Assembly (NCBI GenBank): GCA_039809325.1
Contig: JBDHUS010000001.1
Coordinates: forward strand, 391-64,390
Reading direction: 5' to 3'
Origin: Minisyncoccia bacterium
GTDB lineage: Bacteria; Patescibacteriota; Minisyncoccia; Phycocordibacterales; UBA5272
Length of the DNA stretch: 64,000 bases
In this document: piece after piece, positions 40,049-50,053 of the stretch
How positions within the stretch are numbered: position 1 is the stretch's first letter
Layout of the letters: each line of letters starts with the position of its first letter
The notes under the pieces: model-generated
Database searches by the model: none
What the model was told of the DNA's origin: nothing
What the model saw: the letters and a program-made list of their open reading frames with translations, nothing else
Position numbers and translations under genes: made by a program

Positions 40049-43000
40049 TAATTTTCCAAGCTAATTTTTTCCTCATTTCCTTCAATAAATTTAATTATAG
40101 AAAGCTTACAATCTTTTTTTAACTCTTCTTCAAGAGATTTGATAAAATCAATCCTTTCTTTACCAGATTCTACAAATAGTACAGCAATATCGCTTGGAGT
40201 AAGATTTTTATCTTTTCTTAAATCTTTTATTTTCCTTGTTAGCTCACGATAATCACCTTCCTTTTTAAGTTCTTGTGTTATTTCTAAATCAAGAATTACA
40301 TTTTGATTTTCAAAATATTCTTTAGTATTGTCTAACAATGCCTCTTTTACATTTATTTCCTCTTTCAAAATATCAAGATATTTTTTATCTATTTTTTTAT
40401 TTATAAATAATTTTGAAAGTGGCTGACGAACTGGAATATTATTTTTTTGTCTTTGCATCAAAGCTTCTGTTACAAGAGCTCTCACCTCATCCATTTCTTC
40501 TATAACTTTTTCATCTATAACAAATATATTCTTTGGCCAAGCTTCTAAATGTGCAGATTCTTTTTTCTCTAAAGTGTATTTATTTATAGACAAATAAATT
40601 CTCTCTGCCAAAAATGGCATAAATGGAGCAATTATCTTTGAGAATTCATTGAGTATTTTGTAGAGTGTAAATTCGGCATTCATTTTCTCTTCCTCGCCAG
40701 ACTCTCCTTTTAACCTTTCACGAGATCTTCTTAGCCACCAAGTAGAAAGGTCGTCGATGAACTTTTCAAGTGGACGAGTCGCTTGATCAAGCTTATACTC
40801 ATTCATATTTTTTGTTACTATCTCTAAAACTTCGGCAACTCTTGTGAAAATCCAAATATCCATTGGATTTTCTATTTTTCTTTCTTTTGGAGGAAGTTCA
40901 ATATTTAACATTTCATAAAAACTCAAAACATTTTCTAATTTTGCCACAACTTTTTTATAAGTCTCTTCTACGTTTGCATCTGAAAATGGAATATTTTCTG
41001 CACACATTGCTGGCGACGAAAGCAGAGTCTGACGAAAAGCGTCAGCACCATATTTTTCAACTAGCACCATAGGATCAGTATAATTCCTTTTGCTCTTACT
41101 CATTTTTTCTCCATCAGCTGCCGTTAAAAGACCATTTACTATTACATTTTTATATGGAGATTTTTCAAAAATACCTACAGAAATATTTAAAAGAGAATAA
41201 AACCAACCTCTAGTTTGATCAAGGCCTTCTGCTATAAAATCAGCTGGAAAATTTTTATTAAAAATATTCTGATTTTCAAATGGATAATGAATTTGTGCCA
41301 TCGGCATAGAACCTGACTCGAACCAACAATCAAATACATCTGGGATTCTCTCCAATTCTTCTTTATTCTCTCCTAATAATTTAATATTATCTATATAAGG
41401 TTTATGAAGATTTATTTTTCCTGTTTCATCTCTTGGCACTAATTTTAAATCTAATTTTCTTATTTCTGCATTTTTAGGATAGAGTTTCGTTTCTTCTGTC
41501 AATTCATCTTCTATAAGTTTTTCTTTCGTTATAAGCTCTCCTGCAAAAGCTATCATTCTCATAGGGCCTCCATGAGTTACTATTAAAATATTTTTTCCTT
41601 CATATCTATTTTCTAATTCATATATTCCTTTCATCACTCTTTTTATCACATCATTATGTGATTCTCCTCCGCCGAGTTTTAGATCTAAATTTAAATAATT
41701 AATACCGTAATCTTTTTCTATTTCTGTATTAGGTTTTTTGCTATAAGTTCCTAGATTGATTTCTGTAAAGTGCTCATCTATTATTACTTCTTTTTCTTCT
41801 GCCATTATTTTAGCGGTTTCAAAAGCTCTAAGATACGGAGAAGATATTATTATGTCAAAATCTATACCTATTTCTTCTCTTGCTTTTTTAACCTGCTCTA
41901 TACCATTTTCTGTAAGATGATTATCTGGATCCATGTCTGTTTCCTCTATACCTAATACATTGTGTTTTGCCTCACCATGCCTCATTATATAATATTGGTT
42001 TTTTGGTTTATTAATATTTTCTTTAGCTAATTCTTCCAAAGAAGATACTATTTTTATCTCATTTCCATTTTTATTTTTCCATATAGGTATAGGAGCCCCC
42101 CAATATCTACTTCTTGATACTGCCCAATCACGTGCCCCTTCAAGCCATTTTCCAAATCTCCCATCACGAATATTTTCTGGTATCCAATTTACTTTAGAAT
42201 TCTCTTTTAATAATTCAGATTTTATTTCTGGAACTTTTATAAACCAAGAACTAGTAGCATAATTAAGAAGAGGTGTCTCACATCTCCAACATGTAGGATA
42301 AGCATGTATTAATTTTTCTTTTGCAAAAATAAGCCCTCTACTTGCTAAACTTTTTATAATTAAAATATCAGCTCCTTGATTATCGTCTTTTGTCTTAACT
42401 TTCACTCGAGGAAAATCTATGACTTCTTTTGTAAACTCTCCATTCATTTCTACATGTCTTATAACTGGTAAAGATTTTTCTTTAGATAAATTCAAATCAT
42501 CTTCTCCAAAAGCTGGAGCAATATGTACTATACCTGTCCCTGTATCCAAAGAGACAAATTCACCATTTACTATGATATAAATATTCTCTTTATTTTCTAA
42601 TTTACTATTTATGAAATAATCAAAAACTGGTTTATACTTTTTTCCAACTAATTTTTCTCCAAAAAAAGTTTCAATTATTTCTACATTCAAATTTACTTTT
42701 TTAAATACTTCTTCTGCTCTTTCTTTTGCTAGAATATAAATCTCTCCTGATTCAGCTTTAGCTTTTATATATTCAAATTTTTCATTTATGGCAAGTGCAA
42801 CATTCCCTGGAAGAGTCCACGGCGTAGTAGTCCAAGCTAAAAGAAAAGTATTTGGCTCATTTTCAAGCTCAAATTTTGCGGTTACAGAAATATCTGTTAA
42901 ATCTTTATATCCTTGCGCCACTTCAGATTGAGCAAGTGTTGTCTCACATCTTGGACAAATATGCATACTTTTATATCCTTCAAATACAAGGCCTTTTTTG

Positions 43001-43500
43001 TAAAGCTCAGAAAAAGCCCACCAGACTGACTCTGTATAATTTGGATCCATTGTGCTGTATGGATTTTCCATATCTATCCATCTACCAAATCTTGGTATTG
43101 TTTCTTTCCATTCTTTTTCATATGCAAATACACTTTCTTCTGCTTTTTTATTAAAATTATTTATTCCAAATCCTTCTATTTCTTTTTTAGAATTTAATTT
43201 AAATTTCTTTTCAATCAAATTTTCAATCGGAAGCCCATGTGTATCCCAACCCCATACACGACGAACATATTTACCATTCATGGTTTGAAATCTTGGTATT
43301 GCGTCTTTTATTGTTCCAGCTAAAAGATGGCCATGATGAGGAAGACCTGTTGCAAATGGAGGCCCGTCATAAAAAGTAAAACTTTCTGGATTTTCTACCT
43401 CACCGGGATTCTTAAGAGATTTTTCGAATATTTTATTCTCTTTCCAAAATTTTAATATCTCTAATTCTTTTTCGTTTATACTTTTGTTTTTATTATTCAT
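40048..43500 (-). CDS. ileS: Isoleucine--tRNA ligase (IleRS2 type) with inserted histidine-phosphatase domain
   Basis: FYDGPPFATGLPHHGH, WDTHGLP, WTTTPWTLPGN, GTGIVH, EGLDQTRGWF, KMSKS; RHGE...THGG insert; likely start ATG 43500 after the T-box. Confidence 0.96.
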   Translation of the reverse strand: MNNKNKSINEKELEILKFWKENKIFEKSLKNPGEVENPESFTFYDGPPFATGLPHHGHLLAGTIKDAIPRFQTMNGKYVRRVWGWDTHGLPIENLIEKKFKLNSKKEIEGFGINNFNKKAEESVFAYEKEWKETIPRFGRWIDMENPYSTMDPNYTESVWWAFSELYKKGLVFEGYKSMHICPRCETTLAQSEVAQGYKDLTDISVTAKFELENEPNTFLLAWTTTPWTLPGNVALAINEKFEYIKAKAESGEIYILAKERAEEVFKKVNLNVEIIETFFGEKLVGKKYKPVFDYFINSKLENKENIYIIVNGEFVSLDTGTGIVHIAPAFGEDDLNLSKEKSLPVIRHVEMNGEFTKEVIDFPRVKVKTKDDNQGADILIIKSLASRGLIFAKEKLIHAYPTCWRCETPLLNYATSSWFIKVPEIKSELLKENSKVNWIPENIRDGRFGKWLEGARDWAVSRSRYWGAPIPIWKNKNGNEIKIVSSLEELAKENINKPKNQYYIMRHGEAKHNVLGIEETDMDPDNHLTENGIEQVKKAREEIGIDFDIIISSPYLRAFETAKIMAEEKEVIIDEHFTEINLGTYSKKPNTEIEKDYGINYLNLDLKLGGGESHNDVIKRVMKGIYELENRYEGKNILIVTHGGPMRMIAFAGELITKEKLIEDELTEETKLYPKNAEIRKLDLKLVPRDETGKINLHKPYIDNIKLLGENKEELERIPDVFDCWFESGSMPMAQIHYPFENQNIFNKNFPADFIAEGLDQTRGWFYSLLNISVGIFEKSPYKNVIVNGLLTAADGEKMSKSKRNYTDPMVLVEKYGADAFRQTLLSSPAMCAENIPFSDANVEETYKKVVAKLENVLSFYEMLNIELPPKERKIENPMDIWIFTRVAEVLEIVTKNMNEYKLDQATRPLEKFIDDLSTWWLRRSRERLKGESGEEEKMNAEFTLYKILNEFSKIIAPFMPFLAERIYLSINKYTLEKKESAHLEAWPKNIFVIDEKVIEEMDEVRALVTEALMQRQKNNIPVRQPLSKLFINKKIDKKYLDILKEEINVKEALLDNTKEYFENQNVILDLEITQELKKEGDYRELTRKIKDLRKDKNLTPSDIAVLFVESGKERIDFIKSLEEELKKDCKLSIIKFIEGNEEKISLEN

Positions 43501-43544
43501 AATTTTGATTGAAAATTTGTTAATAAATTCTTTAAATTTTTCTA

Positions 43545-43712
43545 AAATAAAAATCACCCAAAACTCTTTCAAGTTCAAGGGCGATTTTGTCGCGGTACCA
43601 CCTTGATTCCAGAAAATATTTCTGCTTCATTTATGAGGGTCTATTTGGAGCGACACCTCCGGCGTCGCCCCTTTCTTCCTCAAGCTCTGGAGTGATTAGT
43701 TCCGTCTCTGCT
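43545..43712 (-). promoter_or_regulatory. ileS T-box riboswitch
   Basis: AAGGTGGTACCGCG T-box (43604-43591), terminator AAAATCGCCC...GGGTGATTTTT, Ile specifier AUC (43696-94) in a ~30-nt Stem I. Confidence 0.88.
43648..43670. repeat. REP-like 23-bp hairpin, copy 4 (inside T-box)
   Basis: GAGCGACACC-TCC-GGCGTCGCCC. Confidence 0.7.
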
Positions 43713-43751
43713 TTATACTTTTATTATATCAAAAAATATAAAAATACAAAA

Positions 43752-44177
43752 TTAAAAATCTTTTACATGTTCATACACTTTAGAATATTTTGACGTGACA
43801 AATCCATGTTTTTTATAAAAATTTAAAGATTCTTCAGTAGCATTTAAGAAAATCCATTTCAATCCTGCACCTTTTACCTTTTCCTCAAAATATTTTAAAA
43901 GCTGGCCACCAAGACCCATACCTGTCTTTTCTGGAACTGTCGCAATATACCAAAGTATACAGCCTCCATGTAAAAGCTTTTCAGAAATCAAGACAGAAAC
44001 TAAAATATCTTTATCAAAAAGTCCTAAGGCAAAAGCTTTTTCTTCTTGTCTTCCTCTTATCAAATCTCCAACCCATCCAGAACTAGGAAGCTCACCATCC
44101 GCATATCGCAATGTATCTTGATTTAATATTTTTAAAACATTATCTAAATCTTGTAGTGTTAAATTTTTTATTTCCAT
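43752..44177 (-). CDS. GNAT-family N-acetyltransferase
   Basis: YIATVPEKTGMGLGGQLL acetyl-CoA motif, NFYKKHGF. Confidence 0.9.
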   Translation of the reverse strand: MEIKNLTLQDLDNVLKILNQDTLRYADGELPSSGWVGDLIRGRQEEKAFALGLFDKDILVSVLISEKLLHGGCILWYIATVPEKTGMGLGGQLLKYFEEKVKGAGLKWIFLNATEESLNFYKKHGFVTSKYSKVYEHVKDF

Positions 44178-44181
44178 TTTT

Positions 44182-45984
44182 TTACATCCTCTCCACCTCT
44201 TCTATACCAATAGTATTTAAGCTAGACTTAAATACTTTCAAGAAATATTTTACTAAAATAATATTTGAATTTGTTTCTTTTTTATCCTCAGAAATAATTT
44301 TTTCTTTTCCATAAAAAGTATTAAAAGCTTGAGCAAGTTCAAAAAGATACTTTACTACAAGTTGTGGTGACAATTCTTCTATCCCTCTTTTAATAATCGA
44401 CTCTGACTCTATTAACTTTTTATATAAAGGTAGAGAATTTATAGAAATACTTTTTACTTCTTCATTAAAATCATTATTCACTTTTTCTAAAATAGAATTT
44501 GCTCTTGCATATGTATAAAGAAGATATGGACCAGTATTCCCTTCGAAATTAAGAGAATTCTCTAAGTCAAAATCTATACTGAGTCCTGGCTTTGATTTTA
44601 ATATTACTACTTTTAATGCTGATAATGATATATTTTTTATTAAATTATTTTTCTGTATTTCATTTAAATCTTTTGTTTTCTCCCCAAGTCTTTCTTCTAC
44701 TTTTTTATTTACCATTCCAAGCAATTCTTCTACTTTAAGTACATTTCCAAGTCTACTAGAGATTCTTTCTCCTTTTAAATTAAGTCTGCCGTGTGGTATA
44801 TGATTACTTTTTTCTGCTATTTCAGCATAAACACCTCCTAATTCTTTTGCTACTTGAAGAACTATATTAAAATGTGGCACTTGCTCTATATCTGTTATAA
44901 AAATATTATAATCAAAAGGAAAATACCCATATTTAAGATCGATTAAGCCCAAATCTTTTGCTTCATATGTTGGATGTCCTTCACTATTTATAAAAATACT
45001 TTTTATAGTTTCATCGCTCTCTTTATTTTTTAATTTTTTAGTATCAAAAAACACAGCTCCATTTTCACCTATTTTAAATATTTCTTGGCTCTCTGGTTTA
45101 TTTAAATTTTCTTTTACTATTTCTTCTCCTCTTATTCCAGCTTCTGATTCATAAATAAAATAATCGAAATGACTACCTAAATTCTCTAAAATATTTTTAA
45201 AATAATTTATATTTATATCTTTTGCTTTTTGAAATATTTGATAGTCTTCTGTTTCAGAATTTCTTTCAAAAAGATTTCTAGCAACTAATTTTATTTCGTC
45301 TTGTTTATCAGGATTTTCTTCGTAAAATTTTACCCCTTCTACATATGCATCACCCAATATATTTATAATATTCTGATTAAAAAAAGACCAATTCTTTTTA
45401 TTTTTTAATATATATATTGCTTTTGCAATACCGACAGAAATATCTGAAGGAAAAGACACAATTCGCATATCGCTACCACTTTTCTTTATCATAGAAACTA
45501 TAGCTTCACCTATAATATTATTCATAAGATGCCCGATATGAAATGGCTTAAAAAGATTTGGAGAAGAATGTTCTATTAAGATTTTTTTATCTGAAAATTT
45601 TGTTTCTATAAATTTTAAATCAGAAATTCTCTTTACTTCCTTAATCAAAAATTCTTCTTTTAAAGAAAAATTTATAAATCCATTTGGAGCAAGAGAGACT
45701 TCTTTTATGATTTTTGAAAAATTATTTTCATTATTATTTAAATTAAAATTAATCTCTTTTATAATTTCCTCCCCTATAACCTTTGGAGTTTTTCCAACTT
45801 TCTTTGCCAGAGTTAAAGCTATATTTGTAGCCACATCTCCAAATTTACTATTAACTTCATCTATAAATGAAACATCAAATTTAAATTTTTCCACTTCTTC
45901 TCCATCAGTTTCTTCAGAAGTTAAATAGCTTAGCCTGTAAGCAATATAAGAAAGTTCATTTTTTAAGTTTTCTAGCAATGTCAT
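44182..45984 (-). CDS. argS: Arginine--tRNA ligase
   Basis: FGDVATNIA, GFINF, EHSSPN.FKPFHIGH, ISSRLGN, GPYLLYTYARA, C-terminal ERM. Confidence 0.95.
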   Translation of the reverse strand: MTLLENLKNELSYIAYRLSYLTSEETDGEEVEKFKFDVSFIDEVNSKFGDVATNIALTLAKKVGKTPKVIGEEIIKEINFNLNNNENNFSKIIKEVSLAPNGFINFSLKEEFLIKEVKRISDLKFIETKFSDKKILIEHSSPNLFKPFHIGHLMNNIIGEAIVSMIKKSGSDMRIVSFPSDISVGIAKAIYILKNKKNWSFFNQNIINILGDAYVEGVKFYEENPDKQDEIKLVARNLFERNSETEDYQIFQKAKDININYFKNILENLGSHFDYFIYESEAGIRGEEIVKENLNKPESQEIFKIGENGAVFFDTKKLKNKESDETIKSIFINSEGHPTYEAKDLGLIDLKYGYFPFDYNIFITDIEQVPHFNIVLQVAKELGGVYAEIAEKSNHIPHGRLNLKGERISSRLGNVLKVEELLGMVNKKVEERLGEKTKDLNEIQKNNLIKNISLSALKVVILKSKPGLSIDFDLENSLNFEGNTGPYLLYTYARANSILEKVNNDFNEEVKSISINSLPLYKKLIESESIIKRGIEELSPQLVVKYLFELAQAFNTFYGKEKIISEDKKETNSNIILVKYFLKVFKSSLNTIGIEEVERM

Positions 45985-46102
45985 AAATATCTATACATTT
46001 TAACAAAATAAGAGACAAAAGAAAACTAAAAATAACTTTCCAAAATCAGTATAAAATGATAGTATAAGCGAGATAGCTTGCCATTTGGCATAGCAAAAAA
46101 AA

Positions 46103-46134
46103 ATTGCTCATTTAAAAAATTTAAAAATGAAAAA
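46103..46134 (+). promoter_or_regulatory. Leader shared by thyA and folA (boxA-like), copy 1
   Basis: ATTGCTCATTTAAAAAATTTAAAAATGAAAAA, identical to 47141-47172. Confidence 0.7.
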
Positions 46135-47059
46135 AGAAAAAGACTTATTAAAAAAGTATGGTTGGGAATATCCCTATCTATACGGTATGCAATTAGCAAT
46201 GAAAGGCAACCGTAGAGAAACCAGAAACGGTGTTACATATGCTAAATTTGTACACCAAATGAGATTTGATCTTAAAAAAGGTTTTCCACTTTTAACTACC
46301 AAAGAAGTAAACTTTGATTTAGTAAAGGCTGAACTGCTTTGGTTTATAGAAGGTGGAAGAAAACCAAACAAGTCTCGCGGAGAGATATACAGAAGACTTT
46401 CTACTCATCGCCTTTCTGAAATATACGGTAAAAAAGCCAGTATATGGGATGGTGATGCAGAGAATCTGAAAAAGAGAGGCTTGTCTCAATTTGATGGAGA
46501 CTGTGGACCGATTTATGGTGCTCAGTGGAGACTTTGGAGAAAACCAGATGGAAGCTATGAGGATCAAATTGCAGAATTAATAACCAAATTAAAATCTGAC
46601 TATACTGGTCGTTATGCAAAAGTAACAGCCTGGAATCCTGGAGAAATAAAAGAGATGTCTCTCCCATCATGCCACACTGACTTTCAATGCTTCGTAAGAG
46701 AAGAAAAAGGAAAATACTATCTCTCTCTTCATATGAACCAAAGAAGCTGTGACGTGTTTCTCGGTGTGCCTTTCAACATTGCGAGCTATGCTTTACTAGC
46801 CATTATGATTGCTCAAGTGTGTGAATATGAAATTGATGAACTTATAATCACATTAAATGATTATCATGTGTATGAAAAACATTTGGAAGCTGTAAAAACC
46901 CAGCTGAGCCGCACACCTCACAGGTTTCGTCCAAAGTTGTGGCTAAATCCTGATGTGAAAGACATAGATTCTTTTACTATGGATGATATTCAAATATTGA
47001 ATTATTATCCACAGAAAAAAATTAAAGCCGAACTTTTGACAGCCAATGTCAAAAAATAA
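46127..47059 (+). CDS. thyA: Thymidylate synthase
   Basis: [51 protein letters not shown]. Confidence 0.96.
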   Translation: MKKEKDLLKKYGWEYPYLYGMQLAMKGNRRETRNGVTYAKFVHQMRFDLKKGFPLLTTKEVNFDLVKAELLWFIEGGRKPNKSRGEIYRRLSTHRLSEIYGKKASIWDGDAENLKKRGLSQFDGDCGPIYGAQWRLWRKPDGSYEDQIAELITKLKSDYTGRYAKVTAWNPGEIKEMSLPSCHTDFQCFVREEKGKYYLSLHMNQRSCDVFLGVPFNIASYALLAIMIAQVCEYEIDELIITLNDYHVYEKHLEAVKTQLSRTPHRFRPKLWLNPDVKDIDSFTMDDIQILNYYPQKKIKAELLTANVKK

Positions 47060-47140
47060 ACATTATTCCTTTCAAGAAATTGAAAGGAATTTTTATTTGC
47101 CACCACAAATTTAAAATGTTAGTATATTTTTAGAAAAAAG

Positions 47141-47172
47141 ATTGCTCATTTAAAAAATTTAAAAATGAAAAA
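47141..47172 (+). promoter_or_regulatory. Leader shared by thyA and folA (boxA-like), copy 2
   Basis: Identical to 46103-46134. Confidence 0.7.
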
Positions 47173-47713
47173 GTTAAAAATCATTGTAGCTATGGATAAA
47201 AATGGAGTTATAGGTCATGGAGATAAAATCCCTTGGATTTTAGCTGATGACTACAAACAAAATTTTGTCCCCAAAACAACTGGATGTCCTGTAATAATGG
47301 GAAGAAAAACAGCGGAAACATTACCTAGTTCACTAAAAAATAGAACTAATATTGTCGTAAGCAGCAAGGGATACTTACAAATTAACGGTAAATTTAAATT
47401 TTTCCTTACCAATAATATTTGGGATGCTCTATTTGTTGTAGCCAACGAATCAAATGGAGATACTATGTGGTGCATTGGCGGTGCACAAATATACAAAGAA
47501 TTTGAAACAAACTTTACAATTGATGAATACCACATCACTTATGTTGACGGAGAATTTGAATCTCCTTTTGGAGTAGAAGAAATTATTTTTAATCCAAATT
47601 TAAATGGATATAAGATTATTTCCGAAACTTCTTTTAAGAAAAGACCACCAAATCCCGAATTAAAAGACAGAGGTAATAGCCATGACTTTAAAGTTGTAGT
47701 TTATTCACTTTAA
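47165..47713 (+). CDS. folA: Dihydrofolate reductase
   Basis: IVAMDKNGVIG...IPW...D, VIMGRKT, L.NRTNIVVS, IGGAQIY. Confidence 0.93.
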   Translation: MKKLKIIVAMDKNGVIGHGDKIPWILADDYKQNFVPKTTGCPVIMGRKTAETLPSSLKNRTNIVVSSKGYLQINGKFKFFLTNNIWDALFVVANESNGDTMWCIGGAQIYKEFETNFTIDEYHITYVDGEFESPFGVEEIIFNPNLNGYKIISETSFKKRPPNPELKDRGNSHDFKVVVYSL

Positions 47714-47803
47714 AGTTAAATCCCTTTCAAAACAAATTTGAAAGGGATTTTTTATTTTCTAAATTAAAAAAACAAAATCGCCTTTTGGCGAATTTTGTTT
47801 TTG

Positions 47804-48229
47804 TTATTTGATTTCAAGACCCATACTTCTTGCAGAACCTTCGATTATTTTCATTGCTTCTTCTACTGTATTTGCTGTAAGGTCTTTCATTTTAGCTTCG
47901 GCGATTTCTTTAATCTTATCTTTGGTGATAGTTCCAGATTTTGAAAGCTTAGGCTTTACTGATCCCTTCTCAATTCCTGCTGCTTGTTTAATTAAATAAC
48001 TTGCCGTTGGAGTTTTTATAACATAATCATATGTCCTATCTTCATATACATAGATCTTTACAGGTAAAGTCCCTTTCATATCTTTTGTATCAGCATTAAA
48101 CTTATTTACAAAATCTCCGATTTGAACTCCTGCCTGTCCAAGAGCAGGCCCAAGCGGTGGAGCCGGGGTTGCTTTTCCTGCCGCAATTTCAACCTTTACA
48201 TATTTTAATATTTTCTTTTTTGCTGCCAT
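47804..48229 (-). CDS. rplK: 50S ribosomal protein L11
   Basis: AGKATPAPPLGPALGQ, GSARSMG; likely start ATG 48229. Confidence 0.97.
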   Translation of the reverse strand: MAAKKKILKYVKVEIAAGKATPAPPLGPALGQAGVQIGDFVNKFNADTKDMKGTLPVKIYVYEDRTYDYVIKTPTASYLIKQAAGIEKGSVKPKLSKSGTITKDKIKEIAEAKMKDLTANTVEEAMKIIEGSARSMGLEIK

Positions 48230-48287
48230 AGTTTTAATTCTTAATGTGTGCATTCTAACACAAAATACCAATTTTTCAAATTATATT

Positions 48288-48833
48288 TTATAATTTCTTT
48301 ACTTGTAAAAAGTCTAATTCGATAGGCGTTTCTCGACCAAACATAGATACTAAGACTTTCAATTTTCCTCTAGCTTTGTCTACCTCTCCCACTCTTCCTT
48401 CATAATCTTTAAATGGGCCGTCAACAATCGAAACAATTTCCCCTTCTTCTACAGATATGTCATGGGTAATTTCTGTCTCTCTCATTCTTGAGAATATATA
48501 GTCTAACTCTTTCTTTGCGAGGGGTACTGGCGTTGTACCGCTACCTACAAATCCTGTCACTCTTGGTGTATTTCTTACTTGATACCAAGAGTCATCATCT
48601 ACAATCATATCAACCAAAACATATCCTGGATATATTTTTTCCTCCACTTCCACTCTCTTTGTACCTTTTACTTTTATTTTCTTTTCAACTGGTACTATAA
48701 CATCAAAAATCTTGTCTTCTAATCCTAATGATGCTATTCTTTGTTTTAAATTGCGGAGTACAGCATTTTCATATCCACTATAAGTATGTACTGCATACCA
48801 ATGTCTTTCTCCACCTAATTCTTGTTTTGCCAT
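48288..48833 (-). CDS. nusG: Transcription termination/antitermination factor NusG
   Basis: WYAVHTYSGYE, YPGYVLV, VRNTPRVTGFVG, KOW DGPF, MFGRETP. Confidence 0.97.
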   Translation of the reverse strand: MAKQELGGERHWYAVHTYSGYENAVLRNLKQRIASLGLEDKIFDVIVPVEKKIKVKGTKRVEVEEKIYPGYVLVDMIVDDDSWYQVRNTPRVTGFVGSGTTPVPLAKKELDYIFSRMRETEITHDISVEEGEIVSIVDGPFKDYEGRVGEVDKARGKLKVLVSMFGRETPIELDFLQVKKL

Positions 48834-48845
48834 ATTATTAAAAAA

Positions 48846-49028
48846 TTATTTGATAAAAATATTTAAAATCTTCGCAAAAAGGCCATCTATTTCAAATAAA
48901 AATACAGCTACTATAGTAGAAATTACAACCACTAAAATAGTGTGGTTTATTGTAGCTTTTTTTGTGGGCCAAACTACATGTTTAAGTTCATTACGCACAG
49001 ATTTTAAATAATTAATAATAGTATTCAT
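48846..49028 (-). CDS. secE: Preprotein translocase subunit SecE
   Basis: ELKHVVWPT plus TM helix; secE-nusG-rplK order. Confidence 0.93.
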   Translation of the reverse strand: MNTIINYLKSVRNELKHVVWPTKKATINHTILVVVISTIVAVFLFEIDGLFAKILNIFIK

Positions 49029-49139
49029 ATATTTGTTAATAAAATTCTAACACAAATTTTTCATTTTTAAAACGCCTTTCGGCGCTTTAAAACTATATAT
49101 ATAGTATACTCTTTTTAAATAAAAAGTCAAATTAATATA

Positions 49140-49958
49140 CTAATCCGTTATTTGAAATGTTATGGTTATATTTGAATTAATTTTTTGCTCTCCTTCTGCT
49201 ATATTTGCATTTCTTAAAACAGAGCCCGCGGAAGCACTCATAATATCCATTTTCGCAGAATACATAGGAATATTAGGTATCTCATTTTCTTCATTATCAT
49301 AATAACTTACTATTTTTTTAATCTTAACTCCTAAAGACTTTGATAAATCTTTAGCCTTTTCCTTTGCGTCTTTGATGGCTAAATTTCTTGCTTCATTTTT
49401 CAAATTTTCTACATTATCAATCTCAAAATTTGGACCATACACTTCTGTTATTTTTTCTTCTGCTAATATATTTAATACTTTAGCTACATTTTCTGTATTT
49501 CTTACTTTTACATTTATATTTTCACTTGCTTCATAACCTACAATATTTGAAGAGCCATCTTTATAATTATATTTTGGATTTACTGAATAATTTGTAGTTT
49601 GTATATCTTTTTCTTGAATCTCTAATTCTCTTAATTTCTCAAAAACTTTATCAGCTTTTTTTGCTACTTCATCTTGCAAGGTTTTAGTATCATTATTAAC
49701 ATTTGATGCTCTAATTGTTAAATTAATAGTTGATATATTTGGTACAGCCAAAACCTCTCCACTACCTACAATTGATATTGTCCTTGGATTTGTATAATCA
49801 GCATAAGTTTTAACTACTAAATTAAGCACTATACCCAGTCCTAAAAAAACTAATACTAAAAAAATTAATTTTTTATAACAAGGCATTGAATTGTCTTTGC
49901 ATTTATTACAATTCCCACTCCCGCATATATTACATTTTTTATCTTGATTATTATCCAT
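49140..49958 (-). CDS. SIMPL (DUF541) domain protein
   Basis: TISIVGSGEV.AVP, DIQTTNYSVNP.Y, AIKDAKEKA..L...LGV, GEQKI. Confidence 0.9.
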   Translation of the reverse strand: MDNNQDKKCNICGSGNCNKCKDNSMPCYKKLIFLVLVFLGLGIVLNLVVKTYADYTNPRTISIVGSGEVLAVPNISTINLTIRASNVNNDTKTLQDEVAKKADKVFEKLRELEIQEKDIQTTNYSVNPKYNYKDGSSNIVGYEASENINVKVRNTENVAKVLNILAEEKITEVYGPNFEIDNVENLKNEARNLAIKDAKEKAKDLSKSLGVKIKKIVSYYDNEENEIPNIPMYSAKMDIMSASAGSVLRNANIAEGEQKINSNITITFQITD

Positions 49959-50053
49959 ATAAAATTATTTATGATTTATTTTTTAATCTACTAATATACT
50001 AATTGTAGCATATATAAATCTATATATATATTATTTAAAAAATAGTCTTTAAT

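Noticed and set aside
43501-43793. N-terminal extension of ileS (start 43578) and + strand ORF 43587-43793
   Set aside because: Both overlap the T-box and its terminator; ATG 43500 is the plausible start.
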